Counted from the first letter of the stretch, positions 8,739 through 17,910 are shown. The stretch is DNA of 64,000 bases from Deltaproteobacteria bacterium (GCA_016930875.1 JAFGFW010000021.1:16416-80415); one strand, 5' to 3'. Translations and numbers: made by a program. Notes: generated by a model not told the origin, from the sequence alone.

Positions 8739-9164
8739 CTATCCCTTTTCCCCTACTCGGTGGAACTCGTCATGTCCGCATGACGGACATTGTTGCGGTG
8801 ACCCTGTAGCAGGCGGCTCTTCCCACCAGCATTGGCAGCCATCACACAAGAAGACTCGGTTGACCAAGGTGTCCACTCTTTCATAGTTGCCACCGTCCAC
8901 ACTGATCGCCTTGCCGTGTATTAAGGCGTCTGCCACAATCTTTCGGGCCTGTTCAATAATACGTCCAAATGTTGCCCTCGACACCCCCATCTGTTTGCCC
9001 GCTTCTTCGTGAGACATGTTGAGGAAATCAGCCAGTCTCAAGGCCTCAAGTTCATCCACGGTCAACTGGACCTGCTCCAGTTCCATCATGGGGACACCCC
9101 GTGGTTTGAAATAGTTTATTTCAGGGTCGATCTCTACAAGACGACTTTTAAGTGGTCTTACCAT
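8739..9164 (-). CDS. DUF134 (UPF0251) predicted DNA-binding protein with C-terminal Cys4 zinc ribbon
   Basis: MVRPLKSRLV...YFKPRGVP...LTVDELEALRLADFLNMSHEEAGKQMGVSRATFGRII, then CDGCQC...CPSCG. Start set at the Met at 9164. Confidence 0.8.
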   Translation of the reverse strand: MVRPLKSRLVEIDPEINYFKPRGVPMMELEQVQLTVDELEALRLADFLNMSHEEAGKQMGVSRATFGRIIEQARKIVADALIHGKAISVDGGNYERVDTLVNRVFLCDGCQCWWEEPPATGSPQQCPSCGHDEFHRVGEKG

Positions 9165-9250
9165 GATGGCACCGTTATGAAATCGTTCCGCGATCCTAAT
9201 TAACCGGACACAACTGGAACAGTAATCGTTATGAGTATATGCCAAAAACT

Positions 9251-9279
9251 ACTTTAAGCACCCGAGTGGGGGTTGTCAA
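9251..9279 (-). promoter_or_regulatory. Sigma70-like promoter for the DUF134-led minus-strand cluster
   Basis: The minus strand reads TTGACA (9279-9274), a 17-nt spacer, then TAAAGT (9256-9251). Confidence 0.45.
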
Positions 9280-9436
9280 GACAAAATCGCTCCGTGACAA
9301 AATCGCTGCGCGATTTTGTACAGCGCGGCGTTGGCGCTTCAAACAAGGAGTGCCTACCGAAATCATTGCGTATCAGATTGAGTTCGGTCCCCAAAATGTC
9401 TCTTTAGTACCAGGATATGCCGTGGCCGGATTGCCG

Positions 9437-11149
9437 TCATTGTGAAGCCTTCAGGTAATGGACAAATTGCCGGAGGCTCAGGGTGGAAAACCGGTCGAAT
9501 TCGGCAAACATCTCGAGACCGGGTACCAGGGCCTTCACTACAGGTATGTCCAGATCCTTTCTCGTCAGGTTGACATAAATGGGCCGGTAGCCGTTTATGA
9601 CCAAAAGCCTTTCCAAAAGCCTCAGGTCCTGGCTGATGTCCCCTGACGAATAATCCGGAAGGTGGTCAAGCTTTATGGTCTTTAGACCCTCAGGCTTTGC
9701 CATTGAGGAGAACCACGAGGAGTGGAACGGCACTTCGATCAGGGCTGACACAGCGGCCCTTCTCGCGTCGAGATGGGCTGCGCATCCTTTGAGGATTTTT
9801 CCTTCAGGGCCAACAATGAAAGCTTTGTAACAGGGAACGCCCAACTCAGACGTGATGTCCAGGAATTGGATCCGGACACCCCCCTTTGTGCAACGTTGGG
9901 AAATGCCCCTTACTTGAGGATCGTCATAATCCAGCGAGAAACACCTCTCGCGGGAATAGGGCATAATCCTTTCCCCATCTCTTTCTATGACCTCAAGCAA
10001 ACCATTCAGCTTGGCCTCCTCAAGGGTATTTCCCGAGGCAAGACCGGTGGAGGGTACGCCGGTTGTGAGGCTTATTTCATCAAGATTGCAGAACAGAAAC
10101 ACTATTTGGGCCGGCACATAGGCCGGATGTGCCCCCTTTTCATCCACACTTTCACCGGAAATCCAATAGAGAGGCTGGTTTTCATAGGGCGCCTCAAGAC
10201 ACATGTCGTTGGGGTCTAACACCTCAGAAGATCCTTTTTTCAAGTCTTCATAACGCGCATGAATCAATAGGTGGCCGTGTTTGTAATGGAGAGCCCTTTC
10301 AGAGTCAAAACCGGCAAAGGCCGAGCGCCTTTCAACTATTTCCATCAAGCACGAAGCCTTTGCCTGGTCAATATTGAGTCCCTTACCATAGCTCGTCTGG
10401 GTGCCGTTCAATTGCCAATGGTTTCTCCCCACGGACACGCTAACATGAAGATGCCACGGTATCTGAATGGCGTAAGGACTGAGGCTGCCCGGAGTTTTCA
10501 TTTCCGGGCCCATCCTAAGGTCAACGGCTTTCAGCGCCTCCACGGCCTTTCGCGAGGTTTCCGCGGGATTGAATCCAGCCGCGGCGTCTCCTCTGGATAT
10601 TGCCGGCGCGCGTTGACGCAGCAGGTCTGTGATGGGGACCACTCTCTTGTGCCAGGCATCCATTGTCTCACGATCAAAGAGAATGGGATGCTGTAAATCC
10701 TTTGGGAGGCTTGCCGGTTTGTGCCGGAGGATGTTTTCGGAAAACAGCTTGAGCCAGTAGGCTTTTTGGTCGAGGTCTTTTCTCAAGGACCAGTTGATAT
10801 AGATCAAGGGTGTATTTCTTGCCAGGCTTTTAATGTCAGTTTTGCGGAATTCATTTTTCAAGGCACGCAATCTGTCGTTCAGGATGCAGGCTTCATACAT
10901 CAGTGCCATAAGGTGGGGGTCGTCGTTTTTACCCCTTTCTATCAATTGGCGAGTCAAGTTTGGCCCGAAGGTTCCTGCCAGGTGCAAGAGATACTTATGC
11001 AAAAACTCATCGTTGGGATGTTCCCGGATGTAGTCAAGGCCGTCTTCAAAATCAAGATCCTTAACGGGCATGGGTGCAAACCATCCGGTCCCCAACTCTG
11101 TGCCCAGATGTTCGAGTTCATATCTCATGATGTGACGGGAGGTAAACAC
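9437..11149 (-). CDS. YcaO-domain protein (570 aa, extended N-terminal helical region)
   Basis: YGKGLNIDQAKASCLMEIVERRSAF and PSTGLASGNTLEEAKLNGLLEVIERD match the ATP/Mg-binding YcaO core. Confidence 0.8.
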   Translation of the reverse strand: MFTSRHIMRYELEHLGTELGTGWFAPMPVKDLDFEDGLDYIREHPNDEFLHKYLLHLAGTFGPNLTRQLIERGKNDDPHLMALMYEACILNDRLRALKNEFRKTDIKSLARNTPLIYINWSLRKDLDQKAYWLKLFSENILRHKPASLPKDLQHPILFDRETMDAWHKRVVPITDLLRQRAPAISRGDAAAGFNPAETSRKAVEALKAVDLRMGPEMKTPGSLSPYAIQIPWHLHVSVSVGRNHWQLNGTQTSYGKGLNIDQAKASCLMEIVERRSAFAGFDSERALHYKHGHLLIHARYEDLKKGSSEVLDPNDMCLEAPYENQPLYWISGESVDEKGAHPAYVPAQIVFLFCNLDEISLTTGVPSTGLASGNTLEEAKLNGLLEVIERDGERIMPYSRERCFSLDYDDPQVRGISQRCTKGGVRIQFLDITSELGVPCYKAFIVGPEGKILKGCAAHLDARRAAVSALIEVPFHSSWFSSMAKPEGLKTIKLDHLPDYSSGDISQDLRLLERLLVINGYRPIYVNLTRKDLDIPVVKALVPGLEMFAEFDRFSTLSLRQFVHYLKASQ

Positions 11150-11256
11150 TTACTTCGGATAAAGTAAAGCGCTGGTCTTGTCAACACTGATTGGTCGTTG
11201 ACAGCCATGCCGGATCTTTGTTATCAAGACAAGATTAAATCCAGTGAGGGAGGATC

Positions 11257-11901
11257 ATGTTGGATTTTTCAAAGACTTTCGAGAAATACGAGGCCCTGGT
11301 TTCCGAGGCTGACAAGATTTTTAAGGCCGTGCAGGAAAGCCACGGGGATTGCGTGCGCTGCGAGGTCCATTGCTGTGACTGCTGCTATGCCGTGTTTGAT
11401 CTCACGCTTGTCGAATCGGTCTATATCAACTACCATTTCAACAAATCGCTCGCCAGGAAAGAGCGTCGTCCGATTATCAGACGGGCCGAAAAAGCAGATC
11501 GCAAATATTATCAGATCAAACAAAAGCTTCAGAAAATGTACATAGACAAGGGAAAACCTCCTGAAGAGGTATTTTCGCAGTTGGCCCAGGAGCGAGTACA
11601 ATGTCCCCTTCTCAATGACAAGGACCTGTGTGACCTGTATGCCCGGCGGCCCATTACGTGCAGAGTCTATGGCATTCCGACCTCGATCGGGGGGGCTGCC
11701 CATATTTGCGGAAAAGCCGGTTTTAAGGAGGGGGTCGCCTATCCCACGGTCAATCTCGACAATATGAATGACCGCCTTTTTGAGCTGTCTAAAGAACTTC
11801 TTGATGAGATTGGATCAAAGAACTCAAAGATGCATATGGGGCTTGTGCCTGTTTCAGTGGCCTTGATGACTGACTATGACGAACAATATTTTGGGGTTTG
11901 A
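11257..11901 (+). CDS. YkgJ-family (UPF0153, CxxCxxCC) zinc/iron-chelating Cys-cluster protein
   Basis: CVRCEVHCCDCCY and CPLLNDKDLCDLYARRPITCRVYG. RBS gagggagg. Confidence 0.75.
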   Translation: MLDFSKTFEKYEALVSEADKIFKAVQESHGDCVRCEVHCCDCCYAVFDLTLVESVYINYHFNKSLARKERRPIIRRAEKADRKYYQIKQKLQKMYIDKGKPPEEVFSQLAQERVQCPLLNDKDLCDLYARRPITCRVYGIPTSIGGAAHICGKAGFKEGVAYPTVNLDNMNDRLFELSKELLDEIGSKNSKMHMGLVPVSVALMTDYDEQYFGV

Positions 11902-11917
11902 TTGAGGAGGTACCCAT

Positions 11918-12265
11918 ATGCGGAAACTGTCCCCTGAAGAGGAAGAAAGAAAGAAATTCATTTTTGACAGCATGTCTCCCAGGCGGCAAAAGCACATCCT
12001 CAAAAAAGAAGGCTACGACGAATGGGATCCCTTTATTGAGCCAAAAGATCCCATTGATATGCGTACGGCGAAGTCGAACCATACAGCCATTCAGTTGGCC
12101 AGGGAATTCCTGGCTACCTGGGACACGCAAGAATATAGCAATGACTTCGGCCAGGGGGTCTGGGAAATCTGTCTGGGAATCATTAAGGACGACGACCGGT
12201 ATAAGGGTATGTACGAATTTTCCTGTTGGTACCGGGAATTGCTGAAAAAACAGGGTCAGGCGTGA
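11918..12265 (+). CDS. Hypothetical protein (115 aa)
   Basis: Strong gaggagg RBS 7 nt upstream. Sits 17 nt after the ykgJ-like gene. No recognisable motif. Confidence 0.6.
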   Translation: MRKLSPEEEERKKFIFDSMSPRRQKHILKKEGYDEWDPFIEPKDPIDMRTAKSNHTAIQLAREFLATWDTQEYSNDFGQGVWEICLGIIKDDDRYKGMYEFSCWYRELLKKQGQA

Positions 12266-12403
12266 CCGGAGGATGCCGTCATCTACAGGTGTTCACTTAA
12301 ACCCGACAAACATAGGCCCAACAAATACGCTGAAAATGTCGTCTTGGTCAAATCCGCAATCTATACTGTTTTCAAGGCGTGAGCCGCAAATTCGCAATCC
12401 TAT

Positions 12404-14722
12404 ATGTCTGCCCATTTTCTCTTCATTCATATCAACCTGTTAGCTCCCATTGCGTCTCCGGATACCATCCCCATATCCGAGGCCACAATACTTGCCCATT
12501 TGAAAAACCACGGGTTCACCGGAGAGATCCTGGGGGACTTTGCCGACAGCCCCCTGAAACCCAGGGTTTTGGCAAAGGCCATCCACACGAACCAACCGCT
12601 TGTCATCGGCTTTACTGCTTACCAGGAAAACATAGAGCAGATAAGGCTCTGGGCCCGGTTTGCCAAGAAGTTATCCCCTGCTGTCAAGATCATTATCGGA
12701 GGGCCTCAGGTAACCTTCATGCCAGGCGAGGGCTTGAAACATATGCCGGAGATCGATTTTCTTTGCAGGGGCGAAGGGGAGGATGTCATGTTGGGTCTTG
12801 CGCAGGCCCTTACAGAGGGGACAGATATCAGCGCTGTCCGGGGGCTGTGTCTCCTGCAGGAAGATGAAATCATTGAGACCGGTGTGGCACATGGCGCGAA
12901 AGACCTCGATACGTATGCCTCTCCGTATCTGATGGACCTGATCGATTTGCGGCACAAGCAACGGGTGGTGATGTTAACCTCACGGGGATGCTCCTACCAG
13001 TGTGCCTTCTGTTACACTCCAAGAGCGAGCGGCGGCAGGGTCAGATTTTATTCGCCGGAGCGGATTACGGCGGAGATGAAACACCTCAAGTCCAAAGGTA
13101 TCACGGCATTTTGGTTTGCTGATACGAATTTTTCCGTTTCTCGAAAGCGTCTGGTCACCCTTCTTGAGGCCATCATTAGAGAGGCGCCGGGGATTAGCTT
13201 CTGGTGCCAGACCAGATACGATCTTGTTAACCGTGAACTGCTATCCTTGCTCAGCCGCGCCGGCGCCGATAATGTGGCCTACGGACTTGAGTCGGCGAAC
13301 CCTGCAGTTCTTGAAAAGATTAAGAAACCGATTGATCTGGAGCGCCTTTCGGAGGTTATTCGCCTGACCCAGGAGGCCGGCATGAATGTGGAACTCTTCA
13401 GCATGTTTGGTCTTGCCGGGGAAAGCATTGACCAGGCGCTGGGCACCCTGGCATTTGTAAAAAATAACCGGGTGGCCGTCGAAGGGAACTCCATATCCCA
13501 GCAAGCCCATCTTTTTTTCGGCACCCCCATGAGTGATGACCCCGCAGGATACGGTATCCGTCCTTTTCGCTACACACGACCTGCTTACTTGAGTGTATGC
13601 AGAGACTACGAGACCGATACCATGTCGGCTGATGAAATCCGACGTATGAGTCTGATATGGAGGTTAAACCGTAACGATCTTGCCGAAGATGTGCGGGCAG
13701 GCAGAAATCTTTTCCACAGGGCCGCATTTATTACTCAAAACCGCAGCGCCCTGACGGATCGGCCTGAGGCCACCTGTTTGCTGGCCCGCATATATCTTGC
13801 CCTTGAAGAATATGGAGCGGCTCTGGATTGCATGAGGCTTTTGGACAAAGACTTTCCCGGAAACCCGGCTGTTAAAGAGCTTCTGCAAGGCCCCTTTTTG
13901 TGTTTCAAGGTGAGCCGGGAGACGGCCCGGCCCGGATTCAGGGTGATATACGACTGCCAGGGTAAGGCTGATGGCAGGGTGGTGCCTCTAACATGCGCCA
14001 GGTTTCAGGAAGCGATACTTGGCAAGGAAACGCTCTTGCCGGAATTCGAGAAGCGCCTTGTGGGTATGGGGCCGGGGGAGTACGCACGATTTGACATGAC
14101 CTTTCCGGTTGCCTATGGGCAGAGGGATCTGGCCGGCAAAGTCGTCACCTTTCGAGTTCACGTGCATCACACCATGGAACCGATGACAGTAAAAAACTAC
14201 CAGGACCTGGATGAGGAGACATTGCGTAACGCATACGCGTTGGAGGATACGCAAGCATTGCGGCAACACAATATCGACCTTTTTTACAAGACGCTTCGTG
14301 GAGCCACGATAAAGGGCGTGATGCCTGAGATAAGCGATGCTTTGATGCTCATAAACCTTTATCTTAAGCTTGGATTTGTGGACCCGGCGACCGTTCTCAC
14401 CAAGGGACTTCCGGGAAATCCAGTAATCCGGTCCCATGCAGCCCATATATTTCGTGTGAATGCCAAGCCGGAGAAGGCGCTGGAGATACTGAACGAGACA
14501 GGAGAAGACGGACCGAGGGCAAGGTTGGTCCGGGCACAGACCCTTTTTGATTTGAACAGACTGGAAGAATCCGAGGCGATTGCCAAGGACTTGAATCTGC
14601 CGAACAATATCCAGCTTGAGGAGCTTCGGGTAAAACTCGCTGCCAGGCTAGGCCTGTCCGTGGAAACTTATCTTGACAGGGAGGAGAGGCTCCTGGATGC
14701 AAAGACGCAGGCGATATTGTGA
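12404..14722 (+). CDS. B12-binding-domain radical SAM protein with C-terminal TPR-like and FKBP/trigger-factor-type PPIase-like segments
   Basis: N-terminal Rossmann-like B12-binding pattern and the CSYQCAFCYTP radical SAM motif. The segment FQEAILGKETLLPEFEKRLVGMGPGEYARFDMTFPVAYGQRDLAGKVVTFRVHV resembles FKBP-type PPIase domains. Confidence 0.8.
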   Translation: MSAHFLFIHINLLAPIASPDTIPISEATILAHLKNHGFTGEILGDFADSPLKPRVLAKAIHTNQPLVIGFTAYQENIEQIRLWARFAKKLSPAVKIIIGGPQVTFMPGEGLKHMPEIDFLCRGEGEDVMLGLAQALTEGTDISAVRGLCLLQEDEIIETGVAHGAKDLDTYASPYLMDLIDLRHKQRVVMLTSRGCSYQCAFCYTPRASGGRVRFYSPERITAEMKHLKSKGITAFWFADTNFSVSRKRLVTLLEAIIREAPGISFWCQTRYDLVNRELLSLLSRAGADNVAYGLESANPAVLEKIKKPIDLERLSEVIRLTQEAGMNVELFSMFGLAGESIDQALGTLAFVKNNRVAVEGNSISQQAHLFFGTPMSDDPAGYGIRPFRYTRPAYLSVCRDYETDTMSADEIRRMSLIWRLNRNDLAEDVRAGRNLFHRAAFITQNRSALTDRPEATCLLARIYLALEEYGAALDCMRLLDKDFPGNPAVKELLQGPFLCFKVSRETARPGFRVIYDCQGKADGRVVPLTCARFQEAILGKETLLPEFEKRLVGMGPGEYARFDMTFPVAYGQRDLAGKVVTFRVHVHHTMEPMTVKNYQDLDEETLRNAYALEDTQALRQHNIDLFYKTLRGATIKGVMPEISDALMLINLYLKLGFVDPATVLTKGLPGNPVIRSHAAHIFRVNAKPEKALEILNETGEDGPRARLVRAQTLFDLNRLEESEAIAKDLNLPNNIQLEELRVKLAARLGLSVETYLDREERLLDAKTQAIL

Positions 14723-14765
14723 GGCCAAGGGGCTCCTCAACCGCCAGAAATTCTGAGACGTTCGC

Positions 14766-15146
14766 TCAGCGGACGGACTTTGAGTACTTAAGCTTCACAA
14801 AGACGAAGGCACCCAGGCCGCTCCTGTAGGCCGGACGGCCGCCCAGGACTCTGTGATCACCGGGGTGGTAGCCGTCAAGGTATCTTATTTCATAGTCCTT
14901 GTCGGCTTCCATGTCCAATGCCTTATCCCAATCGTCATCACAGGCACAGGCAATGGCTTCCATCAAAGCGTCTCCGAGATTGTGTCCGGTCACGTCATAG
15001 ACGCCAACGGCTCCGCAGGGGCAAAGCCACTTGAAAAAGTCCCCTTCGCGTCTGGGGTCTACTTCCGGGGGTCTCCCGAAGGCCTGTCCGCAGAAAGGGC
15101 AGCGCGGTTTCTCTGATTCTCTGTAGGCTGGGGACAAGGTGGACAT
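14766..15146 (-). CDS. Hypothetical Cys-rich protein (126 aa)
   Basis: Start set at MSTLSPAY (15146). Has CPFCGQ...CPCG motifs. The longer listed ORF extends into the tandem repeat. Confidence 0.5.
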   Translation of the reverse strand: MSTLSPAYRESEKPRCPFCGQAFGRPPEVDPRREGDFFKWLCPCGAVGVYDVTGHNLGDALMEAIACACDDDWDKALDMEADKDYEIRYLDGYHPGDHRVLGGRPAYRSGLGAFVFVKLKYSKSVR

Positions 15147-15187
15147 CTTAGTTTGAAAGATTAGGAAATTTGAAAATTCGTATTTCT

Positions 15188-15263
15188 TTCGGATTTGCGG
15201 GTGACGCCTTGAAAACAGCACGATATTCGGATTTGCGGCTGCCGCCTTGAGAACAGTACCGAT
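15188..15263. repeat. Two tandem 38-bp direct repeats in a divergent intergenic region
   Basis: ttcggatttgcgggtgacgccttgaaaacagcacgata / ttcggatttgcggctgccgccttgagaacagtaccgat, roughly 85% identical by eye. Confidence 0.75.
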
Positions 15264-15290
15264 TTATGATGCAACCTTAGGCCGTGCCTT

Positions 15291-16100
15291 ATGATCCAAA
15301 ATCTAAAACAGATAATATACAACACAGTCATCGAAGCCAACAGAAAAATGACCCCCGGTGAGGTCGAAAAGGCTGTTGCCGGTATCAGTGGTATCGACAG
15401 AAAGACTGTCAGGCTTGCTATCAAGGATTTGGTCGGTCTGGGGGAGCTCAGCTACACATATCTTTATGGCACCAGCTTCTTGGAAAAATCATTTGACAGG
15501 CCGGTGCGGATTTCCAAAAGGATTGTGATCAAGCCGCCCGGCAAGGCGTACCGACCACAACCGGAAGAGGTGGTAATCGATCTGGCAGCCGGAGCAGCTT
15601 TTGGAAATGGTGCCCATCCAACTACCTGTCTGGCCTTGCAAGCCTTGGATTTTGCCTTAGGTGATAAAATTGAGTCACAGCGCAAGCCCTCCGTGACAGG
15701 GTTAGATGTCGGGACAGGCACGGGCGTGCTGGCTATTGCATTGGCTAAACTGGGTGTTCAAGAAGTCATTGGCATTGACATTGATGCCTGTGCCATATCC
15801 GAGGCAACGCAAAACGTCTGCTTGAACAATCTTGCTGCACGAGTTGCCATCTCGAACGCGCCATTGGAGGACCTCAAGACGTGCTTTTCCGTTGTTGTGG
15901 CCAATTTGGCTTACCCAACGCTCAGGAGGCTATCATCCCTTCTATCAGAAAAGATGGAGCAAAATGGGGTTTTGGTTCTTTCAGGTTTCAAGGAGCCCGC
16001 ATCGAAAGATCTTGGAAAAACCTATGCAGAACAAGGCCTCAGATTGATCCGGGAAGAAACAGACCGCGAATGGGTCTGTCTTGTGTTACGTAAGTCCTGA
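15291..16100 (+). CDS. Class I SAM-dependent methyltransferase, PrmA (ribosomal protein L11 methyltransferase)-like, with N-terminal winged-helix-like region
   Basis: FGNGAHPTTCLAL and GLDVGTGTGVLAIALAKLG (motif I). VVANLAYP resembles the PrmA substrate-binding motif. Confidence 0.7.
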   Translation: MIQNLKQIIYNTVIEANRKMTPGEVEKAVAGISGIDRKTVRLAIKDLVGLGELSYTYLYGTSFLEKSFDRPVRISKRIVIKPPGKAYRPQPEEVVIDLAAGAAFGNGAHPTTCLALQALDFALGDKIESQRKPSVTGLDVGTGTGVLAIALAKLGVQEVIGIDIDACAISEATQNVCLNNLAARVAISNAPLEDLKTCFSVVVANLAYPTLRRLSSLLSEKMEQNGVLVLSGFKEPASKDLGKTYAEQGLRLIREETDREWVCLVLRKS

Positions 16101-16116
16101 ACCACATATTGCCACT

Positions 16117-17427
16117 TCATGCAAAAAAACTCTGCATTATCTTGCCAAATTCTTCTCCACGCCACGCAGTGGAAGGTCTTGTTGCTTCAGATACGAGAAT
16201 GTCTTGTCTTAAGAAAGGTAGAAAATCAGAAACCCGTGGGATAATTACTCTTACCACCGGGAAATTCAACACCGGATGGGTGTGGTCTAATATTATACAA
16301 TCGGTATCGAACAGTTTACATATCCTTTTGAGTTCCTCAATCTCGCCAAGAACATCTTTGATTTTCATGTTCTTATAAGTTGTAGTTTCTCCTTGTTCAA
16401 GAAATGAGATGTCTTTTAGAGAAATACTGCATTTCATCAGCAAGTAATGATCATTAACGTGAGACCTGTGGACAACTGGTCTATCCAACTGTGGACGGGG
16501 AGCTAATAGAGTTTCCCGGCCTTGCATGCTTTCCGTAAAGCACCTTGTCAGACCTTCGTCCAGATTGAAAGACACGCCCGGTATCAATATTCTATGTTCC
16601 AGGCGATCAGGGCGCAGGTTGTTGTTGATGAAGAGAACGCCTATGGCGGGCAACAGTCCGTCAAGAGAAAGATCCTTAATTATCATATCAACATTGTTTT
16701 CCTGATAGAATCTAATCATGTCCCTTATGGCTGGATTGTCCACGGAATCCAAATCAATTGAGGGAACTGTTTTTTCGGGTTTGATTACTTTTATTTGGAC
16801 ATGACGTTCAAATATTTCACATGTGGCCTGAATCATCGCCTCTTCGATTGTATTTCCCGCCGCCATCCCGTTAGACCCGTGAATATATGCAATAAAATTG
16901 GCCGGAACCTTCACTGTCTCTTTATGGACTATTGAAAAACCGTCAACCCAATGACTGGCCATTCTGCTGTTCTTGATGTCCTCAATGTCTCTGCCTGTCA
17001 GATGACGTTCGTTGGCCAGCAAGGTTTCTATCCTTAGGGGATTGTCCAAATCGTCCTGGTGGGCGTGTACATATCCCCCCATCCACTCAGAATTTAGAAA
17101 CCTGTCAGTTGCTTCGTTGTAAAGGGCGGGAGCGTTAAACCTTACCTGTTCTTCAAAAACCGGATAGAACAGCCCGGCGCTGAGCCGTTCAGCCAGTTCT
17201 GCATAGGCGCTGGCCTCCGCAAGCTCCGGGGTGATGCCTTTTCCATTACAGACGATTCTGATTGAATCAATCCATGTCCGCCCCCAATAGATAGTGTCCG
17301 ACACCCGAAAGGCGGCGTATCCAACGTCGAGCCCCAATTTTCGTAACCCGTCCTTTATTCTGTGAATTGTATTGGACGGAATGTCGCATTTGCCATACTC
17401 GTTTCTGACCCGATTCTGAAATTCCAT
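16117..17427 (-). CDS. YcaO-domain protein (436 aa)
   Basis: NGKGITPELAEASAYAELAERLSAG and GSNGMAAGNTIEEAMIQATCEIFERH. Confidence 0.8.
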   Translation of the reverse strand: MEFQNRVRNEYGKCDIPSNTIHRIKDGLRKLGLDVGYAAFRVSDTIYWGRTWIDSIRIVCNGKGITPELAEASAYAELAERLSAGLFYPVFEEQVRFNAPALYNEATDRFLNSEWMGGYVHAHQDDLDNPLRIETLLANERHLTGRDIEDIKNSRMASHWVDGFSIVHKETVKVPANFIAYIHGSNGMAAGNTIEEAMIQATCEIFERHVQIKVIKPEKTVPSIDLDSVDNPAIRDMIRFYQENNVDMIIKDLSLDGLLPAIGVLFINNNLRPDRLEHRILIPGVSFNLDEGLTRCFTESMQGRETLLAPRPQLDRPVVHRSHVNDHYLLMKCSISLKDISFLEQGETTTYKNMKIKDVLGEIEELKRICKLFDTDCIILDHTHPVLNFPVVRVIIPRVSDFLPFLRQDILVSEATRPSTAWRGEEFGKIMQSFFA

Positions 17428-17521
17428 TCAGACTCTTACTCCCGAGGATAGAATGATACAGAACTCCCTTTTTTGTGCGGTAGTATACGGAGATATGGCC
17501 TTGTGTGTCAAGGTTGATGAA

Positions 17522-17690
17522 GTCGTAAAAAGTCGTCACTCCGGTGAAAACCGGAGTCCAGAGCCTTTGTAACTTGCTGAATAAACTGGGTTCCGGCTTT
17601 CGCCCGCCTGCGGGCCAGAGCCTATGGCGGAGAGCCCGGAATGACAGTCCGCCGGAGGCGGATTTCGACTTTTTACGAGACCGTCAGGGT
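17522..17690. repeat. Dispersed repeat element (hairpin-rich, yields the pseudo-ORF VKTGVQ...LGSGFRPPAGQSLWRRARND)
   Basis: tccggtgaaaaccgga hairpin. The ~40-nt block gcccgcctgcgggccagagcctatggcggagagcccgga recurs at 33388-33430. The gtccgccggaggcggat hairpin recurs at 3357 and 17911. Confidence 0.6.
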
Positions 17691-17910
17691 CAAAGGGGCC
17701 ACAATATGTACCGCTTTTGGATTGGGTTGTGGCTTCATCCGTTTCATTGATGCTTCACTGCTCTTGACAGGAGAGCAGTGTTGTAATATACGAAACTGAT
17801 CTTTTGGAATTGGCATAATTACCGTGTAAAAAAAAGTTCTGCGAACGGAAGGGGGGGTGCGCGTTTTCGGCAGGAAGCATATCGTATGAAGAGGAATTAT
17901 CTTCTTTTGA

